A stretch of DNA of 64,000 nucleotides from Chrysomallon squamiferum (GCA_012295275.1 CM022677.1:6200001-6264000); one strand, 5' to 3'. Counted from the stretch's first letter, positions 42,183 to 56,458 are shown. Numbers and translations: made by a program. The notes: a model not told the origin generated them from the letters alone.

Positions 42183-42399
42183 GAAAGAGAGAGTTTGGTA
42201 CAGATAAAAATAAACAGAGATACAAATAAACATAGAGACAGAGAGACTGACAGAATATAGAAATATTTATAAATAGATGAATAATAGACTCATAGAAAGA
42301 AACAAAGATAAATAGAAAGCCAACGAGGACCGTAAACAGATAGCCAGAGGAACAGAGCGAGAGAGAGTTTAGGTAGGACGTACATGAACGGAAATAGAA

Positions 42400-42850
42400 T
42401 TATGTAGTGATAGAAAATGCGACAAGTAGGTATATTAGATATAACAATAATATATTTTGATATAGCATGGCACGCTCAGAAAATAAGTAGACAAATAACC
42501 TTAGGAACAATGCCGGTACGACGGCAACGACTGCGACATTAATAGAAATTACAGTAATATATTTTAGAAGGTGATACGCCAGCTCAGAAAGTATGAGGAA
42601 TAATTAATAAAAAGCGCTAAAGAATAATGAGAAGTACTCCAAGAAAGCTAGCAACAACGCCGTTACGACGGCAACGATGGTGATATTAATAGAAATAGAA
42701 ATAATACATTTTTCTAAAGGATTTGATCGCTAAAGAATTATGAATAATAGTTAATAAAAAGCAAAATAATAATGGTAAGTACACCTAAAACATTAGGAAC
42801 AACCCCTGCACGACTGCAATGACGGCAACATCAAAAAAGATAATAATAAT
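42400..42850 (+). repeat. Block B0: ~140-150-bp degenerate tandem repeat (x3), second copy at ~49920-50230
   Basis: taggaacaatgccggtacgacggcaacgac.gcgacattaatagaaatt recurs at ~42502, 42650, 42794 and 50027. Confidence 0.85.
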
Positions 42851-43930
42851 ATATGCTGATGAGGAATAGACTTTATAAGATAAAACTGAGATTAGTAAAA
42901 TTTGTATTAGAAGTACGTCTGCTTACTTTATAACCCCTTCTCACAAAATTTTCTGCCGATTATTTAACAAAGCAAAAGGGTTTATCTTTCAGTTGCTAGC
43001 AGCAGAGCTACGTGTGTTTGTTTATTCATGATAATGATGCCTAACAGCACCAGCAAAGTGTATGTGGCAGTTACGTAATATGTTATTACGTTTATTATAG
43101 AATTCAGAGATAGAGGAGGGGATATTATTTTTCTTTAAAAATTGAGAAATATAAATTAATGTGCTTTTTTAAAATGTAAAAATACACAGAAATATGTTTC
43201 AAGGCGTCAGAAAATAGGGATATTTTTAAATAAAAGATATGAACGTGATATTTTGATAGGAATTTTACTAGAGAAAACCTGAATAGTGAGAAATGTACAC
43301 AAGAATCTTGCTACATCGCAGTTCATTGTCTACACTCGTTTATTGTCTTATAAGTGGATTTATGTCAGCATGGTCCAGTATGTTTCGGTAGTTATAAAGA
43401 TTTGTTCGGTATCATTCGTAATTCAAACGCAGTCGCATGTAATGATATGTAAAATTATTATTATGATACAGCTGAATGACAAAATTAGTATATTTTTATA
43501 CTGTCTTCGACTCAGAAAATGTTTATAAAGTGTAGTCATTTATTTATTTATTTATTTATTGAAATTACTGTCGTAATCGAGACCTGTCTTCAACTCGCAC
43601 CAGACCGTTTTACTCTTGAACGATGAACGATAAAAGAAAGAATAACGTTGTATAACAATAAATGTTCTCTTATTAACAATATTATTATTGATCTCCAAAA
43701 CAGACATCATAAGAAGAAATCCTACTTTTAGGAACTTTGGTAATGCCATAAGATTCTAATAATTTTCCATTTTACAAACAATGGATGTTTTCTAAACATT
43801 TCTTTCTTTTTGTTTACAGTAAAGCTGGAGAAGTAAATATAATAATCCTACATCCCAGTTTGGAAATGTGTTACAGTTTTGTTTTGTTATCTTAAAAATG
43901 GATTTAAAATCATGACGGTATATGTGTGAT

Positions 43931-43967
<37 letters not shown>

Positions 43968-44495
43968 ATGTGAAATAAATATGTTTTTTTTTTTTCATTT
44001 TTTTCATGAAACAAAAGTATTTAGATAAAATACGTATTTTGATGGATGTAAATAACTATTTTAAAAATCTTAATTAAATTAGTAAATTAATAAACTATAA
44101 TTATATACTTTGAAAAATGAAAGTTACTAGTGTAATAATATCTCCCATGCACATGCGCAATCTATTAAGATTTACGTCAGCGGATTTAAATTCGGGTATA
44201 AATAAAACATCCAACGGTTTTACGTCAGTTGACATGCGAATGCCAATACTAGTAGGTCAATTTTTTTTTTTTTTTTTTTTTTCTTTTTTTTTTAAATTTA
44301 TTATTAGACCAAAGTGGTTTATTTTTTAAATTTATTATAATCAGTAATAGCAGTTAACTGTATATTTAGTTAATAAATTTAGTTATTAAAATATTATTAT
44401 CATTATAAATAATTATTCTTCTATAAGAAGAGCAATTACGAAATGAATTCTTATTATTTTTATTTTATATTTATTTATTTATTCATTTATTATTA

Positions 44496-44560
<65 letters not shown>

Positions 44561-44581
44561 TTAATTTCAAACAAAAATAAC

Positions 44582-44781
44582 NNNNNNNNNNNNNNNNNNN
44601 NNNNNNNNNNNNNNNNNNNNNNNNNNNNNNNNNNNNNNNNNNNNNNNNNNNNNNNNNNNNNNNNNNNNNNNNNNNNNNNNNNNNNNNNNNNNNNNNNNNN
44701 NNNNNNNNNNNNNNNNNNNNNNNNNNNNNNNNNNNNNNNNNNNNNNNNNNNNNNNNNNNNNNNNNNNNNNNNNNNNNNNNN
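44582..44781. other. Assembly gap (200 N)
   Basis: Run of N; the round length suggests a scaffolding placeholder. Confidence 0.99.
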
Positions 44782-45865
44782 ATATAGATTTAACTCCCTT
44801 TAACACGAAAACGAATAACCTCGGATAGAGTTATGTCCCCTTTGGTACATTTTTCTTCGTGATTATTCAGGTTAAAACGAACATATTCCTATATAGAGTT
44901 ATCTCCCTTCCACATGGAAACGAATAACCTCTCGGATAGAGTTATGTCCACTTTTTTACATTTTTCTCCTTGATTATTCAGGTTAAAACGAACATATTCC
45001 TATATAGATTTATCTCCCTTTAACATGAAAACGAATAACCTCGGATAGAGTTATGTCCCCTTTGGTACATTTTTCTTCGTGATTATTCAGGTTAAAACGA
45101 ACATATTCCTATATAGAGTTATCTCCCTTTAACATGAAAACGAATAACCTCGGATAGAGTTATGTCCCCTTTGGTACATTTTTCTTCGTGATTATTCAGG
45201 TTAAAACGAACATATTCCTATATAGAGTTATCTCCCTTCCACATGGAAACGAATAACCTCTCGGATAGAGTTATGTCCACTTTTTTACATTTTTCTCCTT
45301 GATTATTCAGGTTAAAACGAACATATTCCTATATAGAGTTATCTCCCTTTAACATGAAAACGAATAACCTCGGATAGAGTTATGTCCCCTTTGGTACATT
45401 TTTCTTCGTGATTATTCAGGTTAAAACGAACATATTCCTATATAGAGTTATCTCCCTTTAACATGAAAACGAATAACCTCGGATAGAGTTATGTCCCCTT
45501 TGGTACATTTTTCTTCGTGATTATTCAGGTTAAAACGAACATATTCCTATATAGAGTTATCTCCCTTTAACATGAAAACGAATAACCTCGGATAGAGTTA
45601 TGTCCCCTTTGGTACATTTTTCTTCGTGATTATTCAGGTTAAAACGAACATATTCCTATATAGAGTTATCTCCCTTCCACATGGAAACGAATAACCTCTC
45701 GGATAGAGTTATGTCCACTTTTTTACATTTTTCTCCTTGATTATTCAGGTTAAAACGAACATATTCCTATATAGAGTTATGTCCCCTTTGTTACATTTTT
45801 CTCCTTGATTATTCAGGTTAAAACGAACATATTCCTCTATAGATTTATCTCCCTTTAACATGAAA
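44782..45865. repeat. Satellite array of 109-bp (A) and 111-bp (B) units
   Basis: Each unit has two TAGAGTTAT(C/G)TCCC(C)TT boxes. The visible order is A B A A B A A A B plus a partial unit. The array is truncated by the gap. Confidence 0.97.
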
Positions 45866-47300
45866 AAGATTGTAACAGCAGAACAATAAAAAAAAAAAAA
45901 ATAATTTAAGAAATAAAAACGCATGGCCCCTACCCCCCCTGCCCTAGTACCTGACCCTCACAGCTTGTGAAGGTACTGAAACAAATTCAAACTTTAATGT
46001 TTCTTGTAAGCATGTTCATATGTGTGACATCGTGAGATGTACTCACTAAGCAAAGTGGAAATTATATCGATTAGAGTTATCTCCCTTACGTGAGATGTAC
46101 TCACTAAATAAAGTAAAAATTATATCGATTAGAGTTATCTTGAAAAATGAAATAAAAAAGAATAATGATGTAGTTTCTAATTTAGATTTCTGTTTCATTT
46201 AATTCATTTAGTTAAGTGCTAAAGAAATGCTATTTAATTATTCAGCGAAGTTAAGAAAAAATAATTCTAATAAAAACATTATTCACATAATAGAAGATTG
46301 TAACAGCAGAACAATAAAACAAAATAGTTTATGAAATAAAAACGCATGGTCTCTGCACCCCTGCCCTAGTACCCCACCCTCACACAGCTTGTGAAGGTAC
46401 TGAACCAAGTTGAAACTATAATGTTTCTTGTAAGCATGTTCATGTGTGTGAGATCGTGGGATTGAATCTCAGCGTTTTTGGAGACATCAGCAGTACTTTC
46501 CGATTCCAGATTCATCTACGAAATATTGTGGAAACATCACTTTCTTTATATATACCCCGTCATGTGTCACCAGAGGTGGGAGGAGTTTACTCGGCAAAGT
46601 AAAGGCTATATTGATTACAGTTTAGTGATATGTGCTCACAAACATAGATTAGAGTTAGGTTCCTTACATGAGATGTACTCAGTAAACAAATTAAAAATTA
46701 TATCGATTAGACTTAATTCCCTTTAGTGATATGTGTTCACAAACATAGATTAGAGTTATGTCCCTTATGTGAGATGTACTCACTAAGCAAAGTGAAAATT
46801 GTATCCATTACAGTTATCTCCCTTACGTGGCATGTACTCACTAAATAAATTAAACATTATATCGATTAGAGTTATCTCCCTTTAGTGATATGTGCTCGCA
46901 ACTTTAGCCTTACGTGAGATGTACTCACTAAGCTTACTACGCTAATTATCCATATGGGATAAATGGAACCTCGAAAAATGCCGAGATTCGATCGTTTTAA
47001 AGTTTCAACTTGGTTCTGTACCTTCACAATCTGTCTGAGGGGGGGCACAGACAGTCGGTGTGCAGGGGGCGGAGAGATAAAAATGGGTGAGAACACTTTC
47101 CCCTGGCAGACAGCCCGTGCTTCCGGGGTAAGGCGGGAGGGCATGTGTTCAACTCACCTTTTCTGTCCGGGACCCTAAGCTCACCCGTTTTTATCCTATC
47201 CAGCCCCTGTCCTAGTCACCCACACACCGACTGTCTGTCCTGCATATGGATGGAGCTACTGATAAACACAAGCTGAACTTTGTACAGGCACTAGGGGCTT
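44782..47300. mobile_element. Non-autonomous element with internal tandem arrays and nested inverted repeats (HINE/Helentron- or MITE-like)
   Basis: Contains the 109/111-bp array and ~58-bp subrepeats carrying the same AGAGTTATCTCCCTT box (46030-46930). Also has a ~170-bp direct repeat (45866-46035 and 46294-46458) and inverted repeats 46373-46417/47002-47045 and 47047-47091/47180-47238. Confidence 0.5.
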
Positions 47301-47872
47301 TTAAGATTAAACTGGTAATTAAATATTAAAAAAAGTAACATTGTTTTTGTTTACTGACTGAAAATATAGAAACTTATCTAGTGATCATATATTGCAATTA
47401 CTGATAGTGACTTCAGGATCTATCTGATCTATCTATCTATCCGTCATACACATACATACACATGCACGCATGCGCTTACACACTGTCTGATAGAGGTAAA
47501 CTTCTGAAAATCGACTGAATATTGACGAGTATAAAAAAAATATATATAAACCAATGATGTGTTTTTACATTGGTGTGTGTTGGTGCACACATTTGCATAC
47601 AAAAACACACACACACAACAAACACATAAATTAACCTATGCATTTCTTTATTTATTTTTTTATTTGTTTTTCATCCATTTTCCAATCCAGTGCCTCCTTC
47701 AAGCATTATTAGAGATTTTAAAAATGATTTTTGTAATATGATTTTAAATAATTACATATATTTATCTTGTCAATCAATTTATATTTGTTTACACAGTTTA
47801 CACAAATACTTTGAGGTGTAAATAATGTTTATCAATATTCTGCTTTATAACATGATTAGTATAACATTAATT

Positions 47873-48327
47873 CAGTGATTCTCAACCAGTGTGCCACGAG
47901 ATCTTCCTATGTGTGCCGCAAAATTTTGAACGGCACACTAAGAAAATGCGAAAAACCACGTGATCCCAAAATAAAACAAACAGTAGAATGCAAGGTAAAA
48001 ACGAAAATCTTCTCACTTCAACAGACAAGTTAGTTGCCCTCAAAAAGAAAATAGTGATTTGGGAAAAAAAGAGCAATCACTGTCAACCTTTATATGTTCC
48101 CTTTATTGCGTTCTACCTGCATTAGAGAAGTGATCCCTATTGTGTTTACTCATCTGACAGCCCTGGACGAAAGCATCAACAATAAATTTCCGTCATTAAA
48201 GAGAGAAAAGTATGATTGGATTAGAGATCCTTTCATAAATCATTCTTCCAACATTGAACTTGAGAAGAATTGGCCGCACTTTCTAATGACCTTAAAATTA
48301 AAACATTTAATATTCAAGCGCAATTAA
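47873..48327 (+). mobile_element. hAT (Charlie/Buster-type, ZBED5/SCAND3/FAM200-like) DNA transposon remnant
   Basis: 5' terminus CAGTGATTCTCAACC, then transposase fragments MQGKNENLLTSTDKLVALKKKIVIW and MFPLL..HLTALDESINNKFPSLKREKYDWIRDPF. Internally deleted; no 3' TIR seen. Confidence 0.82.
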
Positions 48328-48548
48328 AGAATATTTAATTCATTTTTAATATATTTAAGGATTTCTCTTAAAAAAAAAAAAAAAAAAACAACAAACAACA
48401 AAAAAAAAAAAAAACATTCAGTTGTTAATGATTTAGTGGAAATTTATGGCTAATGAATTACATTAGGTATATTGATAACCACAACAGTAAAGCATTAAAC
48501 AGCACATTTCAAAAGTTATAATGCATGTTTTATATTCCATTTATATAT

Positions 48549-49790
48549 CAGTAGTATGGTTGAAATAACAGTGACAGATAAGTAGTAATATCAGTAGTAT
48601 GGTTGAAATAACAGTGACAGATTAGTAGTAATATCAGTAGTATGGCTGAAATATTAGTAATATTAATGACAGATTAGTAGTAATAGCAGTAGTATGGCTG
48701 AAATAACAGTGGTAGATTAGTAGTAATAGTCAGTAGTATGGCTGAAATAACAGTGACAGATTAGTAGTAATATCAGTAGTATGGCTGAAATAACAGTAAT
48801 AACAATAGTAGTGGCTGAAATAACAGTGACAGATTAGTAGTAATAGCAGTAGTAATAGCAGTAGTAATAGCAGTGAAATGGCTGAAATAACAGTGGTATT
48901 AGTAGTAATATAGCAGTAGTATGGCTGAAATAACAGTGGTAGATTAGTAATAATAGCGTAGTATGGCTGAAGTAACTGATAGATTAGTAACAATAGCGTA
49001 GTATGGCTGAAATAACAGTGGTAGATTAGTAGTAATAGCGTATGGCTGACTGTGACAGATTAGTAATAGCGTAGCTGATGGCTGAAATAACTGACAGATT
49101 AGTAATAATAGCGTAGTATGGCTGAAATAACTGATAGATTAGTAATAATAGCGTAAGTAACTGACATGGCTGATAGCGTAACTGTACTGACAGATAGTAA
49201 TAATAGCAGTATGGCTGTAATTGCTGAAGTAAAAGTGATTAGTAAAAGTGATTAGTAGTAATATCAGTAGTATCGCTGAATAACAATGGTAGATTAGTAA
49301 CAATAGCAGTAGTATCGCTGAAGTAACAGTGACAAATTAGTAGTAATAGCAGTAATATTGCTGAAGTAACAGTGACAGATTAGCAGTAATATCGATAGTA
49401 TATCACTGAAGTAACAGTGACATATCAGTAGTATCACTAAAGTAAGTAGTGATAATAGTAGTATCGCTGAAGTAACACTTGTAGATTAGTAGTAATATGA
49501 GTAGTATCACTGATGTAATACAGGCAGATTAGTAGTAATAACAATAGTATTCACGCAGTAACAGTGACAGATTAGTAGTAATATCAAAAGTATCGATGAA
49601 GTAACTGACAGATTAATAGTAATAGAAGTAGTATTGCTGAAGTAACAGTGACACATTAGTAGTACCAGAAGTAGTATTGCTGAAGTAACAGTGAGAGATT
49701 AGTAGTAATGGCGATAGTATCGATAAAGAAATGGCGGCAGATTAGTAGAAATAGCAGTAAATTAGTGGTAATATCAGTAATAATAACAGT
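48549..49790. repeat. 43-bp minisatellite with a divergence gradient
   Basis: Unit cagtagtatggctgaaataacagtgacagattagtagtaata(t/g). First units start at 48549 and 48592; the variant tatcgctgaagtaac dominates the right half. Confidence 0.92.
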
Positions 49791-51726
49791 AATTTCAATA
49801 CTGGATATGCACTGTAGGAAAGTAAGAATCGTAAAATGCGAAAAAGAATAATAAACACCAAGCCTTGAAGGACAACACAGGTACAACAGCAGCGTCTCCA
49901 ACGTTAACACTAATAATAAAGATATATTAATAATATATTTTAATACAAGATGCGCACGCTCAGAAATAATAATACTAGGTGATAAAAAACAAAGAAGAAC
50001 AACGAGAAGCACTCTAATAACTACGTTAGGAACTATGCCGGTACGACGGCAACGACGGCGACATTAATAGAAATTACAATAATACAATTTAACACTCAGA
50101 AAGTAATGACTAATAAAAAGCGCAAAACAATAATGAGAATTACAGCAACAAAGCTAGGAACAAGGACAGCAACTATGGTGATATTAATAGAAATAGTAAT
50201 AATACATTTTAGTATAGGATTTGAACGCAAGAAAAGTTGTTTGTAATTTTCATTACAGTTTATTAATCTTGAACTCGGTAGTCTCAGAAAATCAGTGCTG
50301 TGTTGGTTAAACAAGTGCACATATCCCTTTTCATAGAACATGATTATTGTGAACACTCGTGTGAAAACAACTGTGATTTCTTCAAGTGAGGATAATGTAA
50401 ATTCTCTTAACCCACTTGATCGCTGACTGTAAATCATAAAACAAAAGACCTGAATTGATATAAGGAACATGTTTTTATTAGTTTGCGTACATTTCAATAC
50501 AAATATTGAGTCCTTTTTCACATTCGCAGTTTTCAAAAGGCACTTTACTTACACATTCATATTCACAAAATAAATTTAAATAAGATACGGTTACATTTTT
50601 ATAGAGATAGATATGGACACACAGACAGACACACGCACACACGCACATAATCACTTGCAGAAAATAATGAAATATATTTCATGTTCTGAAGAGTTTACAA
50701 AATAGAACCGTTAATTAGAAGGTAAGTACGTGGCTACATAGTAGCAAATAAAACGTTTAAGACAAATATATTCAGATATAATTAAATATATTTTGAAACA
50801 ATTAAGTATATTTTGATATGATTAAGTATATTTTGATATAATTAAATATATGTTGATATGATTAAATATATTTTAATATGTTTAAATAATTTTCATATGA
50901 TTAAATATAAAAATGTCCATCTGAATCAAATAACATCTTTAAAAAATCCAACTATTTATTTTGGGACCTTTCCTCCTATGTGATAATGTGTTTTATTAAC
51001 ATGACATTCCGCGACACAAGTTACATCTCTCTCTCTAGATGAAATTACATAATTAATCTAAAATTCAGCTAGTATTTATCAAATTATGTAATTAAGAATA
51101 TATCATTAATTTTTCTTAAACACATCTAAAAGTAAGTTAATAATCGAGAATGAAATTCCATATTTATTCTATAATATAACCGATAATCTCTAATTAATAT
51201 AATGTTAAAATGCCATATAAATAATAGAGACATGATAAAACAAGGGTCTTATTTTTGGGATAATATTATCAGTGCAAATAGCGATATTCTTTAGTTAACT
51301 GTGGTTTTGATAAAAGTTCACGATTACTCATATAATTACATTATAAATAAATCATTATTATCATTATTATATACTTTTTTAAAAAGAAGTATTTAGTTTT
51401 TATCTCGACAGAAACAATACACTAAGAATAAATCTGATCTATCTGATAAATTTACGAGGCCTAATAAAAAATGCGAAGTAATTTTTATATTCCGTTTTCA
51501 GAACAGTTCTAATGAAACTAAGAGAATAGCGTCAAACATATAGGAAGAGTGCGCTTTTAGAGAAAAATAAAAAATAAAAATATTAAGGTGTTATTACTGT
51601 TGTTGTTGTTGTTAAACAAAAGAAATATTGGAAGGTGTTCACTTCCAAGACAAAATAAAAAATAAAAGGTAGATCATTAGCATCCTCATAAAAATGTTTT
51701 AGACAGTCTACATGATTTATTTTAAT

Positions 51727-51777
<51 letters not shown>

Positions 51778-52214
51778 GAATACATTAATTAAATAATAAT
51801 CTTCATCGATATTGCCTATATTACCACTAAAAGTATATATATATATATATATATATCACACTCCACGTTCACACACAGGTACCTGCATTGTCACGAGATA
51901 TATATATAATAAAAAAAAAATATTGCATCTTTGCGAAGGGGGACAACTGTAACAGAACATTTGATACAAGGTCATTCACAAGGTGATGTCTCGCCACATT
52001 TGACAGACTGAGCTAGTCCTGTACATGATTCAAAGTGGGACGAATGCACCCAGGTCCCTGTCCCCTACTTCATCATCACAGAATTTCAGAGAATGGATAC
52101 TAGAGACTAGTGATAATGTGAACCAACTGTCTGGTGTCAAGTGATGTGTCAGGCCTGTGTTAGAATGTTTTGAGAAACCTCTCAACAGTGGCAGGGTATG
52201 TTCTTTTATTAATT

Positions 52215-52256
<42 letters not shown>

Positions 52257-54471
52257 CATTTGTATATGACTGTTTGTGTGAGAGAGACATATTGCATGAA
52301 TGATAATCAGCAAACAAAAATGCATTTATCAGACAAAAGTTGATTAAAAAAAAAAAAAAAAAAAAAAAGTTTCATGTTCATGTTGGAATAGCTAAAATCT
52401 TTGTTTACCAATTAATGATAAATCTTTTATACAGGTAATTGCTGTATTATTCAGCTGCTGTCTAGAAAGGGAATTTATGTCATGGAGAAGGATGAATCAG
52501 ATGTACAGACACTGCAGACTGCACAGTTCCAAGTTGTAAGTTTTTATCTTATTTTTATTTCTTAGAAAAAGTGAAATCAATTTTATAGTAACAACTCTTT
52601 ACTGATCGTAAAATACCATAATAATAATCATTTATTTGCTATTGTTTTTTTAATTAATTAAATTAATACCATTATCATCATTGTCATTATAATGATTATA
52701 CAAAGTATATAAAAAAATATCCCGCACCCCTTTGTGTCTGAATAATCCAGTAACTGGTACCAGTACAATTTAAATTTTAATAATAACAGAAACATTAGCT
52801 ATTTATTTATAACAGTTTATTATTTTTATATTTTTTTTATGTTGCTATTAAGAGTTTTGAAAAAATGAATTAAAGAATCAATTGACCATCTCTGCTTACT
52901 GTTGTTCAGAATTGACAAATACTCTTTGGGATTTGAAGTTTTTAGTATTTTCATTTTTTGTTTAATAGATGTTCTATATTCCCTAACAGCTCTATTTAGT
53001 GGCCAAACAAACCCAAAAAATAATGAAGGTGTAAACTTGTATTGTCAATATGTTTGTTTTCTGAAAATTATTATTATTAGTGATTTTTTAGAACCAGTAT
53101 TATTCTGATAACTTGTTTGTGTCTTTTAAATAGTTACCAATGATTTGGATAAATATTTGTATTTATATTCACTTAATATTTTCTATTAATTTCAAGGTCT
53201 GCCCTCTTTGTTTATATATATATATAATTTTTTTCTTTCTATTTTTCTTTTTTATTTCCACAGATGTGAAAAAGAAACAGCAGTTGGCAACAACAACACC
53301 AGTAAAACCATTAGACTGAGACAAACTGACACCACCACACCAACCACTGAAAACTCAAACTCAAACTGCGCCAAGAAACATCCAGACACACTAGAAAAGA
53401 AACCACAAACGCCACCACCCATTGCCAGAGGTATTTTGGTAAAAAATAATGTCTAAGAAAGAAAGGGAACAGAAAATGTTTGATCATGTGATTCAATGAC
53501 TAATCTTCTTGTGAAACTGGAGTTTTTGTTGAAAGCAGCCAGACCAAGACTTAAACTGCCACAAGCTTTAACACCAACATTTCCACTTAGTCACATTTTA
53601 AAACCTTTAAAAAATATTCAGGTAAATATGTCTGTAAATATGTCTTAGTCTATCTGTCTGTTTCTCTTTCTGCCTACCTCCCTATTTATTTATTTTATTT
53701 CTATCTCTGCTTTTCAGTTTGTCTGTATTTCTTTCCTAGAAAATGTACAGATAAATATGTTTATCTTTCTTACTTATCTGTTTTTCTGTCTCTATCTTTA
53801 TGTATCATTTCTTATTTGTTCCTAATAATCATGTTTTTAGTTTTCTTTCTTTTTTCTTCCTTTCTTTTTTTTATGTTTTTTTAAAGTTATTTTGAAAGTT
53901 GTAATATTTTGAAGTATGACAAAGAAAGAAAATATTATCTTTCTGTAAGTTCTCTTTTGTTAGTTCTGAACATAAATAGCTTTAGAATCAGTAATTTAAA
54001 TAATTTTAAATTTATTTATAGTTTTAATTTATAAAAATGCTCTTAAAACAAGTTTTAGTAGAAAGTTGATTATTTTTAGTTTATTTATTTTTATTTAATT
54101 ATTAATCTTTCTGACTATCTTCTGTCTATCTATTTGATGTATGTATCTATCTATTTATCATTTATTTATTTTCTTATTATTTTTAATTTATTTAAAATAT
54201 AATCATACTGAATTACATAATATTCACATTAATTATTAACCTTTTCATTATTTTATGTAAAATTACAACCTACTGAATAATTTAGTGTTGTGTATTTTCA
54301 TTATTTTTTAACTAGGTTTTAAATTTATCAGGAAACAGTTCTGGACCTGAGGCTTTCCAAGCTGTGTTTTTGGCAATGTGTTCTAACACAACAGTGATCT
54401 TCCTTAGCCTCAACATAACAGACACTGAGAGTGCTGTGAGTAATCTTAATTATAACTGTTATAAAATCTTT

Positions 54472-54507
<36 letters not shown>

Positions 54508-55315
54508 CATAATGACAACAATATTACAGACTATTACTACTACTACTGTTGCTTTCCTAATACTAGAAACTATTACCACTATTACTACAACTAGTACTGT
54601 TACTACTAATACTACAATTATTACCACTATTACTGCTACTAGTACGATTACCACTAATACTACAACTACTACCATTGTTACTACTCTATTATTAATACTT
54701 CAATTATTACTACTCCTGGTACTATTAGCACTAATACTACAACTACAAATTCTGCTGCTACTGTTACTAATATAATTACTACTACTACTACTACTACTAC
54801 TACTGCTGCTACTGCTTCTACTAGTTCTACTACTGGTATTACTACATCTGCTGTTACTACTGTTAAAACATTATGATGTCCTCTACTAACTACATTTTAA
54901 TAATAAATAAATGTTAACAATTTGTATTAACAGTTTTTACTGCTAATATACACAACCTGAGTGTTTTGTTTCTAGCACTGTGTAGTCAAAATGTTGTTGG
55001 TAAACAGGAATATTTGGATGTGTTGAGTAATTCTCTAGGAAATGATTACTTCTCTCACTGTGTCAGTCCAGCTCTTAAAGAAAACACAAAACTTAAAACT
55101 CTCGGTTTTCTTTTTCTTATTTTTTTAATCATGTCATTTTATTCACTTTTCTTTATCTGCCACTATTTTACTTTTCATAATAATTTCTCTATAATTTCAG
55201 AGCTACTGATATTTACTGTGATATTACATTTATTTATTTATTTATTTATTTATTTATTTTCAGAGCTATGTGTAGGCTCCACTGATTTGAAACTCCTCTC
55301 ATTGACTCTAGTAGA

Positions 55316-55699
55316 AAACACTGGACTCACAGAACTAGATCTGTCTAGTAATGGATTATCTGATAAAACTGCTCTCACTAAACACTGGACTCACAGAACT
55401 AGATCTGTCTAGTAATGGATTATCTGATAAAACTGCTCTCACTAAACACTGGACTCACAGAACTAGATCTGTCTAGTAATGGATTATCTGATAAAACTGC
55501 TCTCACTAAACACTGGACTCACAGAACTAGATCTGTCTAGTAATGGATTATCTGATAAAACTGCTCTCACTAAACACTGGACTCACAGAACTAGATCTGT
55601 CTAGTAATGGATTATCTGATAAAACTGCTCTCACTAAACACTGGACTCACAGAACTAGATCTGACTAGTAATGGATTATCTGATAAAACTGCTCTCACT
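55316..55699 (+). repeat. Six near-identical 64-bp tandem copies of part of an LRR exon
   Basis: Units start at 55316, 55380, 55444, 55508, 55572 and 55636; there is one substitution in the last unit. Confidence 0.97.
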
Positions 55700-56261
55700 A
55701 AAGGACTGGCTGCTGCTTTAAGGGTGAGAGGAAGTTTCACAACTTAAACAGTTTGCTGTGTTCACATGAAAAGTGTAATAGTAAATAATGGTGAAAGTGG
55801 TACTAGTAGTTGATGATAAACAATTACATTAGTTGTTATAACAACAACATCAACAGTATCTGCATTAACATAATTCATCTATCTCTCTATATGTATATGT
55901 ATATGTGTGTGTTGTGTGTGTGTTGTGTTGTGTTGTGTTGTGTGTTATGTTAATGTATATGTGAAATTGTGTATTGTGCAGATATGTGTGTTCCTACATG
56001 GATATCTGTATAATCTTTAACAATATATGTGTGTCTTCCTCTAAGTCTGTATATAACATTTTAATATTAGTTTAATTTCATTAATATTATTCATTTTTAT
56101 TAATAGAAGCCAGGATGTGTGTTATTTTCTGTATGTGTCAGTCAGTATAATATGAGTGACGGTCTAAAGATTTAAGCACTGCAGTCACAGAACATTTTTT
56201 CTTTCACTGAACTTAATATCAGCAGCAATCAGGTGGGTGTCAGTAACTAGTCAATCAGATC

Positions 56262-56423
56262 TCAGCCAGTGATAATTCCAGCTACTCAGATAATGAGGGG
56301 GTGTGTGTGTGAGTGTGAGAGAGAGAGTGTATCAGCAATAGAGATAATTGTTACTACTCAGGTAATGTGTGTGTAAGTGAGTGTGTGTATCAGCAACAGT
56401 GGTAATTGCTAGAACTCAGATAA

Positions 56424-56458
<35 letters not shown>

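Noticed and set aside
44567-44806. ORF across the N run
   Set aside because: Artefact of the assembly gap.
44782-46930. CRISPR-like array of AGAGTTATCTCCCTT boxes
   Set aside because: The intervening sequences are themselves repeated rather than unique spacers, there are no cas genes, and the context is eukaryotic.
54328-54775. Hydrophobic or Thr-rich ORFs resembling membrane or mucin proteins
   Set aside because: They arise from (AAT)n/(ACT)n microsatellite-derived intron sequence, as do most low-complexity ORFs in the track.
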